Source: an uncultured Candidatus Saccharibacteria bacterium (GTDB taxonomy: Bacteria; Patescibacteriota; Minisyncoccia; UBA6257; WO2-44-18). Taken from it: 63,894 bases of DNA. Of the stretch, positions 1 through 8,172 are shown one piece after another. The position numbers and the translations under genes are program-made. The notes below the pieces were generated by a model that was given only the letters and a program-made list of their open reading frames with translations, was not told where the DNA came from and did not search any database. The stretch is from assembly GCA_964360605.1 (NCBI GenBank), contig CAYHXN010000001.1, positions 15,494 through 79,387 of the forward strand, given 5' to 3'. Numbering within the stretch: the stretch's first letter is position 1; each line of letters starts with the position of its first letter.

Positions 1-845
1 CGGCGGCCAGTCTGCTTTTCCAATCGTTCCAAAACAGGATCAATCATGTATTCAATAACCGGCTTACGTTGGTAAATAGCGTTGATGCCAATTGTTGAAA
101 ACTGGCTGACTATTAAATCCATTGCCGGCATAATATCATCGGCGCTCTTGTATGCCGAGGAATCAATGATGCGTACCAACGAACCATCTAAAACCTCTTT
201 GTAAAAATTCGGGTCTGTTTTTAACGACTGATCGCCCGGGTGAAATCTTGGAATAAAAATAAAATGTCGTTTCGTAGCTTCTATGGCCATTCTAAGCGCC
301 TTAACAGTGTCTTGCAAAAGTCGCCGGTTCAGGTTACCGTCCTTGCCAAAAGCAGAAACAACGGCAATTTCCTCATCCGAAATACCAAGTTTCCCGCGAA
401 TATCCCCTCGGCTAGGATAATTGGATAAGTCGGCATAATCTTCCCAAATCGGCACTCCGGAAACTTCCGCCCGAGGGTATCCGATTTCCCGAGAAAACTC
501 TTTTTCAGTTTCATCCGGAACAAATACCACACTGCAGTCACGCTTCATTTCCTCTGGCATTTCCGAGCGGTTGTGCGCTCCGTAAGTGTCGGCGAAAATA
601 GCGTAAGGAATGCCCCTTTGCCGCGCTTGAACAATCACTGCCAGTTCATCGCTAATGTTCATGCTGGAAGTCGTCACCAACACCGCGTCCGGATTAAAAC
701 TCATCAAAGCTGGGGCGTAAATCATTGATTCGGGATCCTTTGAAAGTACTGCCGCCACTTCGTGATTGCGATCCGATAAAGCTGAAGCTACTCGAACCAA
801 ATTTTTCGCTGGCCCAATCGTACGAGCTACCAAAAGCGCCCTCAT
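1..845 (-). CDS. GT-B-fold-like protein, 3' end cut by the window edge; distant paralog of 1531..2637
   Basis: Absent from the ORF track because no stop lies in the window. Hand translation from the ATG at 843..845 stays open to position 1: MRALLVARTIGPAKNLVRVASALSDRNHEVAAVLSKD...RHFIFIPRFHPGDQSLK...DLIVSQFSTIGINAIYQRKPVIEY. It shares the overall pattern of ORF 1531..2637 (MRLLIAVDAPGPA..., ISRPHPRDENP, VIGMYSTNLVHAAYLRIPAI). Confidence 0.6.
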   Translation of the reverse strand, partial: MRALLVARTIGPAKNLVRVASALSDRNHEVAAVLSKDPESMIYAPALMSFNPDAVLVTTSSMNISDELAVIVQARQRGIPYAIFADTYGAHNRSEMPEEMKRDCSVVFVPDETEKEFSREIGYPRAEVSGVPIWEDYADLSNYPSRGDIRGKLGISDEEIAVVSAFGKDGNLNRRLLQDTVKALRMAIEATKRHFIFIPRFHPGDQSLKTDPNFYKEVLDGSLVRIIDSSAYKSADDIMPAMDLIVSQFSTIGINAIYQRKPVIEYMIDPVLERLEKQTGR

Positions 846-957
846 GACCCTACTCCTTATAAAATTGTAAAAGTGCTTTGCCAAAGGAACAGCCTTTAGC
901 AAACTGGGAAGATAATAACAAGAATCCTCCAAAATAGCAAATTAAAAGGTGGCCTAC

Positions 958-978
958 AAAAAACCGCCTTTGTGGCGG
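958..978 (-). terminator. Intrinsic terminator candidate downstream of 998..1435
   Basis: Minus-strand RNA reads CCGCC-ACAAA-GGCGG followed by UUUUUU. The stem is only 5 bp but all G/C. It starts 20 nt after the stop. Confidence 0.5.
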
Positions 979-997
979 CGTGCTGTAAGCACAATAA

Positions 998-1435
998 TCA
1001 GAATAAGCGAATCGCTACTTTGTTTTGCATGTTGTCGCTTACGGAATCCATAAGGAGAAAAATTACTCTGTTATCAGTATCTGCGTGCTCTTGAGCATGT
1101 CGTTTTATTTCTTGGAGAAGACCTTCTCCGTGAGCATTGTTACCCCACCCACAATCGCAGTATGCCTGCCAAAAAATACTCGGTTTATTAGCCTTCCAAG
1201 TTCCTATTCTATTAAGCGTCAAGATCGACTTTCTGCCGATAAGCTTCTTAATATCTGTCGTTCTAGTTTCTATTCGCAATTCTGGTCTAATCTTATCCCT
1301 ATTGACGTGTAGCTTAATATGATCGTCCAAGTTAGTTAAAAAACGGCGCTGATCAACACTAACCCAACCACAAATGTCGCAAACAACTCCAATAAAACTG
1401 TCCCTTACTACTATGCGCATAGTACGTAATTGCAT
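998..1435 (-). CDS. Hypothetical small protein with two Cys/His motif units (putative zinc binding)
   Basis: 145-aa ORF with two similar units, CDICGW...(x17)...HIKLH and CDCGW...(x15)...HAQEH. I recognise no family. It lies between two divergently oriented GT-B-like paralogs. Confidence 0.5.
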   Translation of the reverse strand: MQLRTMRIVVRDSFIGVVCDICGWVSVDQRRFLTNLDDHIKLHVNRDKIRPELRIETRTTDIKKLIGRKSILTLNRIGTWKANKPSIFWQAYCDCGWGNNAHGEGLLQEIKRHAQEHADTDNRVIFLLMDSVSDNMQNKVAIRLF

Positions 1436-1530
1436 AAAAGACCATTAAAATACTGGTGTTATTTTAACACTAATAGCGGTGTTTGTAAACAGACTAAAAA
1501 ATATCTCTGTTTTTTTGTTATAGTTTCTTT

Positions 1531-2637
1531 ATGAGACTACTAATTGCCGTTGACGCGCCCGGACCGGCGGAATTTATACGACCTGTTATTGGTTTGTTAA
1601 AAAGCAACCACCGCTACAGCGGGGCAAGCAAACGACATGAAATAAAAATAGTAACGGTTAAAGATTCGCCGACTAAAATTTTGGCGAAGTTCAGGCCGAC
1701 AAGATGCGATTCCGAAAAAGAGGCGGAAAAAATCTATAAAAAATTCCGGCCGGATGCGCTAATAATCGCTATGAGTTCTCTTGTGCTCGGACCACACGTA
1801 AATTTAAAATTTTCCGAATTGGCAAATAAGGGTAAAAAAACTGTTATTGGTTTTCAAGATTTCTGGGCTAATCATCGCTGGCCAACCAATAGAAAAATTT
1901 TATCGGTTTCCAAAGCAATTTTAGTTCCGGACGATCTAGCAGAAAATTTAATTCTGCAGGACGGATATAAAGGCAAGGTTCTCATTACCGGCAGTCCGGC
2001 CTTTGATAAGTTCCGAGAAATTTATGTTCCTAAAGAAAGAAAGCGACTAAGAAAAAAGTTGGGAATTCCGGAAGATTTTTTTGTTATTCTTCATGCCGGC
2101 ACCGGAACGCCTCAAAGCTGGAAAGAAGATGAAACGACTTTCAAATTTATCGCTAACACTATTAAAGAGCTCCAAAAAGAAGCTCATCGCATCGCTTTTA
2201 TATCCCGACCTCATCCCAGAGACGAAAATCCGGAACGATACAAAAAACTTGCTCCCGATTTAAAAATGATTGAAACAAAATCTATTCCTATCACAGAAGA
2301 ACTGGTTCCGGTCTCTGATGTCGTCATTGGAATGTATTCAACGAATCTGGTTCATGCCGCCTATCTTAGAATTCCCGCAATCAGCATTCTTTTACCAAAC
2401 GGCGGAATGCGGCGGCTTAAAAAGATTCATTTGGCAGATTTTCCTCCCAATGCCGCCGGAGCAACGGTGGGAATTTATAAGGCCTCCGTCCCCGCTCTTA
2501 AAAAAGAGTTGGAATTGATAATGATTGATCCGATACATAACGCCGTGATTAAAAAAGCCCAAGAGCGGTTTTTCCCAATCCTTAAAGAAACGGCCGCCAA
2601 AAAAGTTTTGGGGTCAATTCTTTCTTTGATTAATTAA
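1531..2637 (+). CDS. GT-B-fold-like hypothetical protein (glycosyl/phosphoglycosyl transferase-like)
   Basis: 368-aa ORF with an N-terminal Rossmann-like start (MRLLIAVDAPGP), VLITGSPAFDKF, RPHPRDE and a VVIGMYSTNLVHAAYLRIPAI segment typical of the C-terminal half of GT-B enzymes. Paralogous to the partial ORF 1..845. Confidence 0.55.
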   Translation: MRLLIAVDAPGPAEFIRPVIGLLKSNHRYSGASKRHEIKIVTVKDSPTKILAKFRPTRCDSEKEAEKIYKKFRPDALIIAMSSLVLGPHVNLKFSELANKGKKTVIGFQDFWANHRWPTNRKILSVSKAILVPDDLAENLILQDGYKGKVLITGSPAFDKFREIYVPKERKRLRKKLGIPEDFFVILHAGTGTPQSWKEDETTFKFIANTIKELQKEAHRIAFISRPHPRDENPERYKKLAPDLKMIETKSIPITEELVPVSDVVIGMYSTNLVHAAYLRIPAISILLPNGGMRRLKKIHLADFPPNAAGATVGIYKASVPALKKELELIMIDPIHNAVIKKAQERFFPILKETAAKKVLGSILSLIN

Positions 2638-2674
2638 GCGCTATTTTTATTTTTTCAAACTTATTTTCAAACCC

Positions 2675-2708
2675 GTCATTCTAACATTCTATAGAATGTT
2701 AGAATGAC
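2675..2708. promoter_or_regulatory. 34-nt perfect palindrome; candidate operator or RNA hairpin
   Basis: GTCATTCTAACATTCTA|TAGAATGTTAGAATGAC. No U-tract on either strand. The 24-nt core TCTAACATTCTATAGAATGTTAGA is shared with 3012..3051. It sits between the convergent stops of 1531..2637 and the ArsR-like gene. Confidence 0.5.
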
Positions 2709-2724
2709 ATTGAGCTAACTAAAA

Positions 2725-2994
2725 TCAAAGCTTGCTGATTAAATTTAAAAACTTAGCACCCAGCGGAGAAAGAATATGTATTACTGACCGAGAACGATAG
2801 TTCTTTTCAATCAAACCGGAGCGATGCAGTGTCGACGCATGCTGAGCGATTGTTTTAAAATGCGCTTCTAATCCATCGGAGATTGCCGATAGCGATAACC
2901 CCGGCTCTTGCTTCAATAAAAATAAGATTTTTAGTCGCCAATGATTGGCCCCGCCTTTAATCATCTTTTCCAAAGCTCGGAATTTATCTGTCAT
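2725..2994 (-). CDS. ArsR/SmtB-family winged-helix transcriptional regulator
   Basis: MTDKFRALEKMIKGGANHWRLKILFLLKQEPGLSLSAISDGLEAHFKTIAQHASTLHRSGLIEKNYRSRSV matches the ArsR pattern (ANxxRLxIL ... HL/TLxxxGLI). The start was moved to the ATG at 2994 because the track's N-terminal extension runs into the upstream palindrome. Confidence 0.8.
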   Translation of the reverse strand: MTDKFRALEKMIKGGANHWRLKILFLLKQEPGLSLSAISDGLEAHFKTIAQHASTLHRSGLIEKNYRSRSVIHILSPLGAKFLNLISKL

Positions 2995-3011
2995 ATTATT
3001 ACAACTTAAGA

Positions 3012-3051
3012 TACCACACTCTAACATTCTATAGAATGTTAGAGTGTGGTA
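3012..3051. promoter_or_regulatory. 40-nt perfect palindrome; candidate operator upstream of the ArsR-like gene
   Basis: TACCACACTCTAACATTCTA|TAGAATGTTAGAGTGTGGTA. It lies 18-57 nt upstream of the regulator ATG and 28 nt downstream of the neuB1 stop. There is no U-tract. Confidence 0.5.
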
Positions 3052-3078
3052 AAAGTAAAATTGAATTAGAATTGGAAC

Positions 3079-4200
3079 TTAAACTAGACGGTTAAGTGTG
3101 ATGGGGTCGTATTTTTTTAGTGCCTGCGCGGTTTTCTTTCCGATTACCTCTTCGTATTTTTCCGATGGCAATCCACCCGCGTATTGTTGCGGCCGCATAG
3201 CATAGACCATCTCCGAAGTTAAAGTTGCACCGGCCGGAATATCTTGCCCCGCCATTAAAGATTTTCTAAAAAGCGGGCGGAAGACAGCCTCACCTTCTTG
3301 TAAAACTTTGGCTTTGCTCCCCGATCCTTTTTTAGCAAAATCACTCTCCAAAACTTTTTGCTTTTCTTCAGCACTTTCAAGAACTTTATTAACCCCATTA
3401 ACTAAATCACTTAATTCCTGCGGCGTCATAGAAACTTTATGGTCAGAACCCCATAAAGTCCGCGACATGGAAAAATGCTTTTCTAAAATCGTCGCGCCCA
3501 TCGCTACCGCAACTAAATCCGGCTCTATGCCAATAGAGTGGTCGGAGAAACCGATTGGCATATCAAATTTTTCTTTGTAAAAATCAATTGTTTTAAGATG
3601 AAGCTCTTCCGGCGGGCAGGGATATTTAGAGACACAGTGAAGAAGCGCCACTCTTGGATTTTTCGCTCTTAAAAAATTAATCGCCTTCTCAACCTCCTCT
3701 AAAGTGCTCATTCCGGAAGAAATAATAATCGGTTTTCCGCTATTGCGCATGTAATCTAACATCACAAAATCCAAAATATCACCGGAGCCGATTTTCCAAA
3801 GATCAACGCCAACCTCGTCTAAAATTTTTGCCGCGCCGTGCGACATCGGCGTAGAAAAGAAAACAATTCCCTTCTTTTCGCAATGGGCTTTAAGCGGCTT
3901 CCAAAATTCGTTGATTGGAGTCGCTTTATTATTGCGCGTAACCCAACGGTATCGGTCGCTTCCTTTAAAATGCGGCGAAACAACATTAATATTCAGCTGT
4001 TCATCATCAACATTATGAGTTTGAAACTTAATCGCGTCCGCGCCGGCTTTGGCCGCTTCATCCACTAATTGCATAGCGTTTTTCAGATATTCTTCTACCG
4101 GCCGATCTTCTTCGGTTTGAATAAAATTCTTACCAGCTTCAGCAATTATAAAAACACCTTTTTGTATTTTTTCCCAAATTTTTTCTTGTACGTTTTGCAT
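3079..4200 (-). CDS. NeuB-family nonulosonic acid (sialic-acid-type) synthase, divergent copy, with SAF-like C-terminal domain
   Basis: IIAEAGKNF...AKAGADAIKFQTH, HCVSKYPCPPEELHLKTI, GFSDHSIGIEPDLVAVAMGATILEKHF and a C-terminal SAF-like region (LMAGQDIPAGATLTSEMV). It departs from the canonical AEAGVNHNGD motif seen in the second copy. Confidence 0.8.
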   Translation of the reverse strand: MQNVQEKIWEKIQKGVFIIAEAGKNFIQTEEDRPVEEYLKNAMQLVDEAAKAGADAIKFQTHNVDDEQLNINVVSPHFKGSDRYRWVTRNNKATPINEFWKPLKAHCEKKGIVFFSTPMSHGAAKILDEVGVDLWKIGSGDILDFVMLDYMRNSGKPIIISSGMSTLEEVEKAINFLRAKNPRVALLHCVSKYPCPPEELHLKTIDFYKEKFDMPIGFSDHSIGIEPDLVAVAMGATILEKHFSMSRTLWGSDHKVSMTPQELSDLVNGVNKVLESAEEKQKVLESDFAKKGSGSKAKVLQEGEAVFRPLFRKSLMAGQDIPAGATLTSEMVYAMRPQQYAGGLPSEKYEEVIGKKTAQALKKYDPITLNRLV

Positions 4201-4298
4201 AAGATTTAATATATTTATTAAGTGACCTTAAATTATAGAAACCTTATCACGAAATGCCGCACCAATGCGCAGGTTCACGATGGATATAAATTACCAAC

Positions 4299-4324
4299 TA
4301 AAAAGCGGTGCGTCAAGCACCGCT
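4299..4324 (-). terminator. Intrinsic terminator of the oxidoreductase cassette
   Basis: Minus-strand RNA reads AGCGGUGC-UUGAC-GCACCGCU followed by UUUUUAG, 10 nt after the stop at 4334. Confidence 0.75.
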
Positions 4325-4333
4325 CCGGATAGA

Positions 4334-5404
4334 TTAAGAATACGTTTGCAGTTCTCTGGGTATTTCCAGCCACGCACCATTCACTTTCGCAGATTGGAAT
4401 GCCAACGTACACGCCGCAGCAACATTCATACCATGATACACGGTGTGGCGCCGAACTGCCTTATCGCTGTTACACACGGGGTTGATCAAGTCGATCAAAT
4501 GCATACGCTTGTAAAGTAGCTTGTTATAATCGCCCCATTCCGCAACACTGGGCTCCGGCGTGAATTGTTCTCGTTCTCCGTTCACAAATAATCGGTCCTC
4601 TAAGGGATCTGGGCTATAAAGCAACGCGCCATTCTTAAATTGGAGTGATTGGGAAACGGTTCTATGCTGGAATGGACTTACATCATTTTGCACTGCAAGA
4701 CAGATATGCCACTGGACATAAGTACCGTCAGCAAATTCAAGCCCGCCCTCCATCGTGTCGTAACCGCCGTAATTGTCCAGATTCTCGTGGTATGTCAGCA
4801 CTTGGCCCGCCGCACGTACTCGAGTAATTGGCGAATCGTTGAATAAAAGAAGGGTCATAAAGTTGTGGCTTAAGCCGCCGGCGCACGGATTGTATGCGTG
4901 CTCAGTACGCCACTTACCGCCACCCATAATTCGATCACATCGCCACATGGTATACCACGTGCTTCCTGTCACCAATTTACCCAATCGGCCACGTTGTTCG
5001 TATGTCGCCAATACCGGATTAGCAAAACTGTATTTCTCACTAAAAAGTAGCTTACCGGGATATGCAATTGCTAACTCGGCGAATTGAAACAGATCATCCA
5101 AGCTCGTTGCGAGCGGTTTTTCAACAAAAACGAACTTGCCGGATTCCAGTGCAATTTTGGCAGGCTTTAAGTGCTCGACGTCGGGGGTTGCGATGATCAC
5201 GAGCTCAATGGGATGTTTGAGTAATTCTTTTACATCAGCACATTCGGCAACTTTTTCACCAAGTTCTTTGATAGCGTTTTTGCGCGCATTGTCTTCTAAA
5301 TCACATAAAGCAGCAATACGAGCCTGTTTTTGGCCAAGACTCTGTAGCGAGCGGAGATTGCTAAGACCGCCGTCACCAAGGCCAACAATACCAACATTAA
5401 GCAT
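4334..5404 (-). CDS. Gfo/Idh/MocA-family NAD(P)-dependent oxidoreductase
   Basis: MLNVGIVGLGDGG...ARIAALCD...LVIIATPDVEHLKPAKIALESGKFVFVEKPLA. The start is set at 5404, which is preceded by AGGAGAGAGA. Confidence 0.85.
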   Translation of the reverse strand: MLNVGIVGLGDGGLSNLRSLQSLGQKQARIAALCDLEDNARKNAIKELGEKVAECADVKELLKHPIELVIIATPDVEHLKPAKIALESGKFVFVEKPLATSLDDLFQFAELAIAYPGKLLFSEKYSFANPVLATYEQRGRLGKLVTGSTWYTMWRCDRIMGGGKWRTEHAYNPCAGGLSHNFMTLLLFNDSPITRVRAAGQVLTYHENLDNYGGYDTMEGGLEFADGTYVQWHICLAVQNDVSPFQHRTVSQSLQFKNGALLYSPDPLEDRLFVNGEREQFTPEPSVAEWGDYNKLLYKRMHLIDLINPVCNSDKAVRRHTVYHGMNVAAACTLAFQSAKVNGAWLEIPRELQTYS

Positions 5405-5582
5405 TCTCTCTCCTGTCAAAAAACCTGCTGAAAGTGTACCGCGATAATAATTAAGAGTCAATAAAAGTTCTACGTCCCATCTGCTATTCCAGACAGGGCG
5501 GGGTTCAGGAAACGTCCTGACTACGTCAAAACAAGGCCATTTCTTATAAATTTTCTAGACGCAGAAGGTTACTTTCACCAAA

Positions 5583-5770
5583 TTCATCTGCTCAACATTA
5601 TGAGTCTGAAATTTAATCGCGTCGGCACCCGCTTTGGCCGCTTCATCCACTAATTGCATAGCGTTTTTCAGATATTCTTCCACCGGCCGAGCTTCTTCGG
5701 TTTGAATAAAATTCTTCCCCGCCTCGGCGATAATAAAAACGCCTTTTTGTATTTTTTCTCAAATATTCAT
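5583..5770 (-). pseudogene. 5' remnant of a neuB homolog (about 60 codons), inactivated
   Basis: By hand alignment it matches 4011..4200 (the neuB1 5' end) at about nine in ten positions. It would encode ...EKIQKGVFIIAEAGKNFIQTEEARPVEEYLKNAMQLVDEAAKAGADAIKFQTHNV. The codon equivalent to Trp in neuB1 (TGG) is TGA here, and homology ends abruptly near 5583. Confidence 0.8.
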
Positions 5771-5776
5771 AAAGAA

Positions 5777-6664
5777 TTACGAAAATAATATAGCAATAAC
5801 ACCTGAAATGGCAATCCCCGCTCCCAATAATTTTTTAGCGATACCCTTCTCATCAAAAAACAGCCAGCCCCACAAAACTCCAAACAAAATTCCGGTTCGT
5901 TTGATAGCTATTGTGTAAGAAGCAAATCCGGCAAGAAGAGCGGAATTATGAAAAATGCTGCTAAGGGCAATGATTGTTCCTAAAAGAAATAAAATCCAGA
6001 CATTACCGAATAATTTTTTTTCCGGCGGAACGACATTTCCATTCCTCACCAAAATTCTCTTGTACCGAAAAAGCAAATAAAAAAGACAACAGATAGCCAT
6101 AACTAATGAACCTATTGCCGGAGAAAAAAACACGTCCGAGTGCTGGGTAGCAATTTTGTCAAAATTTACAGTAATGGAAAAAATAAAAGCCACTAATATT
6201 CCAAGAAAGTTTCCCTTTTTAAAATCTAAAACCGCGCTTTCTTCCCGCCGTTGGGAAATAAACCATAGGCCGAAAATCGTCAGCAAAACCCCTAAAATTC
6301 CGAATAAAGACGGAGCTTCTCCTAAAAATATAAAAGAGGTGATGAGAAGGAACACCGGCGTCAAGAGAATCATTGAATAAACGGAAGAGAATTCTCCAAC
6401 CTCGTAAGCTTTTAGCATGAGGGGGAAAGAAATGAAATTTAAAACACCGGTAATAAAAATTGCCAGCCAAAAACGGCTGTCAACCGCCGGAAATCCCACG
6501 AAAAAATAAGAAACTATAAAAAGTAGCGAGGAAGCAGTGGCGGAAGCAATAAAGGTAATGGAGTACTTGGAATAACTAGTTAATTTCAAAGCAAGTTTTT
6601 GGGTTGCTTGAGTCCAAGAATTAGTAAACGCCGACCCTAACGCTAAAAGAAACCAAGTAAGCAT
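5777..6664 (-). CDS. EamA/DMT-superfamily membrane transporter
   Basis: 295 aa and about 10 hydrophobic segments, built as two EamA-like halves (…FISFPLMLKAYEVGEFSSVYSMILLTPVFLLITSFIFLGE… and …ALLAGFASYTIAIKRTGILFGVLWGWLFFDEK…). Confidence 0.75.
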   Translation of the reverse strand: MLTWFLLALGSAFTNSWTQATQKLALKLTSYSKYSITFIASATASSLLFIVSYFFVGFPAVDSRFWLAIFITGVLNFISFPLMLKAYEVGEFSSVYSMILLTPVFLLITSFIFLGEAPSLFGILGVLLTIFGLWFISQRREESAVLDFKKGNFLGILVAFIFSITVNFDKIATQHSDVFFSPAIGSLVMAICCLFYLLFRYKRILVRNGNVVPPEKKLFGNVWILFLLGTIIALSSIFHNSALLAGFASYTIAIKRTGILFGVLWGWLFFDEKGIAKKLLGAGIAISGVIAILFS

Positions 6665-6711
6665 GAACTAATTCTAATAAAAAATCCTCGCCAAAGCGAG
6701 GATTGCAAAAT

Positions 6712-7659
6712 TTAACGACTATTAGCAACCGCCTTTTTACGGAAAAGCGATGCCGTAAATTCCCAAGTAGTTTTGTCCATAAGAACAAAAGCTCCGAAGA
6801 AGAATAGTATACCCATAATTTTTCCAAGAGTCAGTTGTTCGCCGAAAAATATCACTCCTCCGATCATCGCGGTTATCAGATAAGAGCCGTTCATCACAAG
6901 TTTTTTTAGAGCAATAGTGGCACCGCCTTTATAACTCAATAGGTTAAAGGCCCACATACCCACAACGACAAAACCGCAAAGTGCGCCGACTATCCAAAGC
7001 TTACCTAAAGAAAAATCTGTAAGAAGATGAAGGGAGCCAAAAATCGCAAGACCGATAACCGCGCAAACCAGCGTAGTGAAACCGCCCCAGAAATTTTTTA
7101 CGAACGCGTCAACTGCTTTTACTTTCTGGGTAATCCCCTGGTTAATCGCAACGCTTATAGTAATGCCCAGCGACATCCAAACCCAAACCGGCTGGGCTAA
7201 TGCTTCGCTTAAAGACGGAAATCCCAGAACGGCATATCCGGCCAAAATCGCCACCGCTATAGCAAGCCACTGACGAGCTTTCAATGAATGCTTGAAAAAT
7301 ATCCAATCAATGAAAGCGCCGGGAATAATGGAAAGAGTAATAATAAAAGTATTCACTCCAATATCACCGTTATAAACGAAAACTAGAAAAGACAGAATAG
7401 TGGAAATAAAAGCGAACAGGCCGAATAAACAAGAACCAAGGACCTGGCTCGCACTCGGAAATAATGATTTGCGTTGAGCTTTGACTACTCCGATGCCGCA
7501 AACTACCTGCACAATAGAAACCACCGCCGTCGTAAAAAGAGCATTAGGAGCATTCGCCGCCGCAACGCCGATTACTTTTTGCATCATCTTGGAAATCGTT
7601 TTCGTTGCCGATTCCAACAAAGTCCATCGCATCCACTTCTCGCCTACTTGAAGAGCCAT
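6712..7659 (-). CDS. Polytopic membrane protein, DMT/sugar-transporter-like
   Basis: 315 aa, about 10 predicted helices and a two-half architecture ending in GGVIFFGEQLT, which resembles the EamA C-terminal motif. The family assignment is tentative. Confidence 0.55.
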   Translation of the reverse strand: MALQVGEKWMRWTLLESATKTISKMMQKVIGVAAANAPNALFTTAVVSIVQVVCGIGVVKAQRKSLFPSASQVLGSCLFGLFAFISTILSFLVFVYNGDIGVNTFIITLSIIPGAFIDWIFFKHSLKARQWLAIAVAILAGYAVLGFPSLSEALAQPVWVWMSLGITISVAINQGITQKVKAVDAFVKNFWGGFTTLVCAVIGLAIFGSLHLLTDFSLGKLWIVGALCGFVVVGMWAFNLLSYKGGATIALKKLVMNGSYLITAMIGGVIFFGEQLTLGKIMGILFFFGAFVLMDKTTWEFTASLFRKKAVANSR

Positions 7660-7717
7660 TATTCACCTTTGAAAAAACCGATATTAGTATAGACAGGTTT
7701 CAAAAAAAATCAAGCTT

Positions 7718-7744
7718 ATAAAAAATCCCCTAAATTTTGGGGAT
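7718..7744 (-). terminator. Intrinsic terminator candidate overlapping the cupin gene stop
   Basis: Minus-strand RNA reads AUCCCC-(8-nt loop)-GGGGAU followed by UUUUUUAU. Confidence 0.55.
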
Positions 7745-8161
7745 TTTTATAATTACAAGCCGCGCGGTTTTTTCACAAAGATGCTGATGCGACTGGCCGG
7801 CAGGAATCCAAAGCCAATCGCCGGGTTTCAAAATTGATTCAGTACCGCCTTTAATTTCTTTTGCTTTAACTTCTCTTTTGTCTTCGGTGCCATCGGGAAG
7901 TTTTTTAAACCATGGTTCGACAAGCTCACCACCATATATGAATTTCACTTCGCCTTCCAAACATAACCAAAGATCACCTTCATGCTGGTGAATTTCCGCC
8001 TCATTACTCAAAACCTCATGATCCTCCAAAACATTGAATGGCAATTTATTCGCCGCCGCCAAAGATTTCAACGGCTCCAGTAATTTTTTACCTTGAGTCG
8101 GCACGAACGCCAATGTTTTATCAATTTCTTCTTTTCTAACTAAAACGCATTTTTGTTCCAT
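7730..8161 (-). CDS. Cupin-domain protein
   Basis: 143 aa with HQHEGDLWLCLEGEVKF and GDWLWIPAGQSHQH, which fit the two cupin motifs. Confidence 0.7.
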   Translation of the reverse strand: MEQKCVLVRKEEIDKTLAFVPTQGKKLLEPLKSLAAANKLPFNVLEDHEVLSNEAEIHQHEGDLWLCLEGEVKFIYGGELVEPWFKKLPDGTEDKREVKAKEIKGGTESILKPGDWLWIPAGQSHQHLCEKTARLVIIKIPKI

Positions 8162-8172
8162 AAAAGTAAGTA

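Noticed and set aside
240-541. Short ORFs 240..428 (+) and 329..541 (-) from the track, plus the many similar 60-130 aa ORFs nested inside or antisense to long genes (for example 1025..1312, 3308..3580, 4645..5447, 14115..14753, 53930..54541).
   Set aside because: They lie within, or opposite, long ORFs that have clear family motifs. 1..845 is open in another minus frame. Their translations are low-complexity or compositionally odd and show no recognisable motifs, so I treat them as shadow ORFs.
2675-3051. The two long palindromes read as ordinary intrinsic terminators or as a miniature transposable element.
   Set aside because: Neither has a flanking U-tract on either strand, unlike about a dozen clear hairpin-plus-U terminators elsewhere in the window. 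Only the inner 24 nt are shared, there are no direct target duplications, and only two copies exist. A MITE or REP element cannot be excluded without the whole genome, so they are reported as candidate regulatory sites instead.
4201-5582. The inserted oxidoreductase segment as an IS element or integron cassette.
   Set aside because: No transposase, integrase, terminal inverted repeats or attC-like site is visible. Only a single metabolic gene with its own SD and terminator is present. Homologous recombination with a diverged neuB-containing donor fits better.
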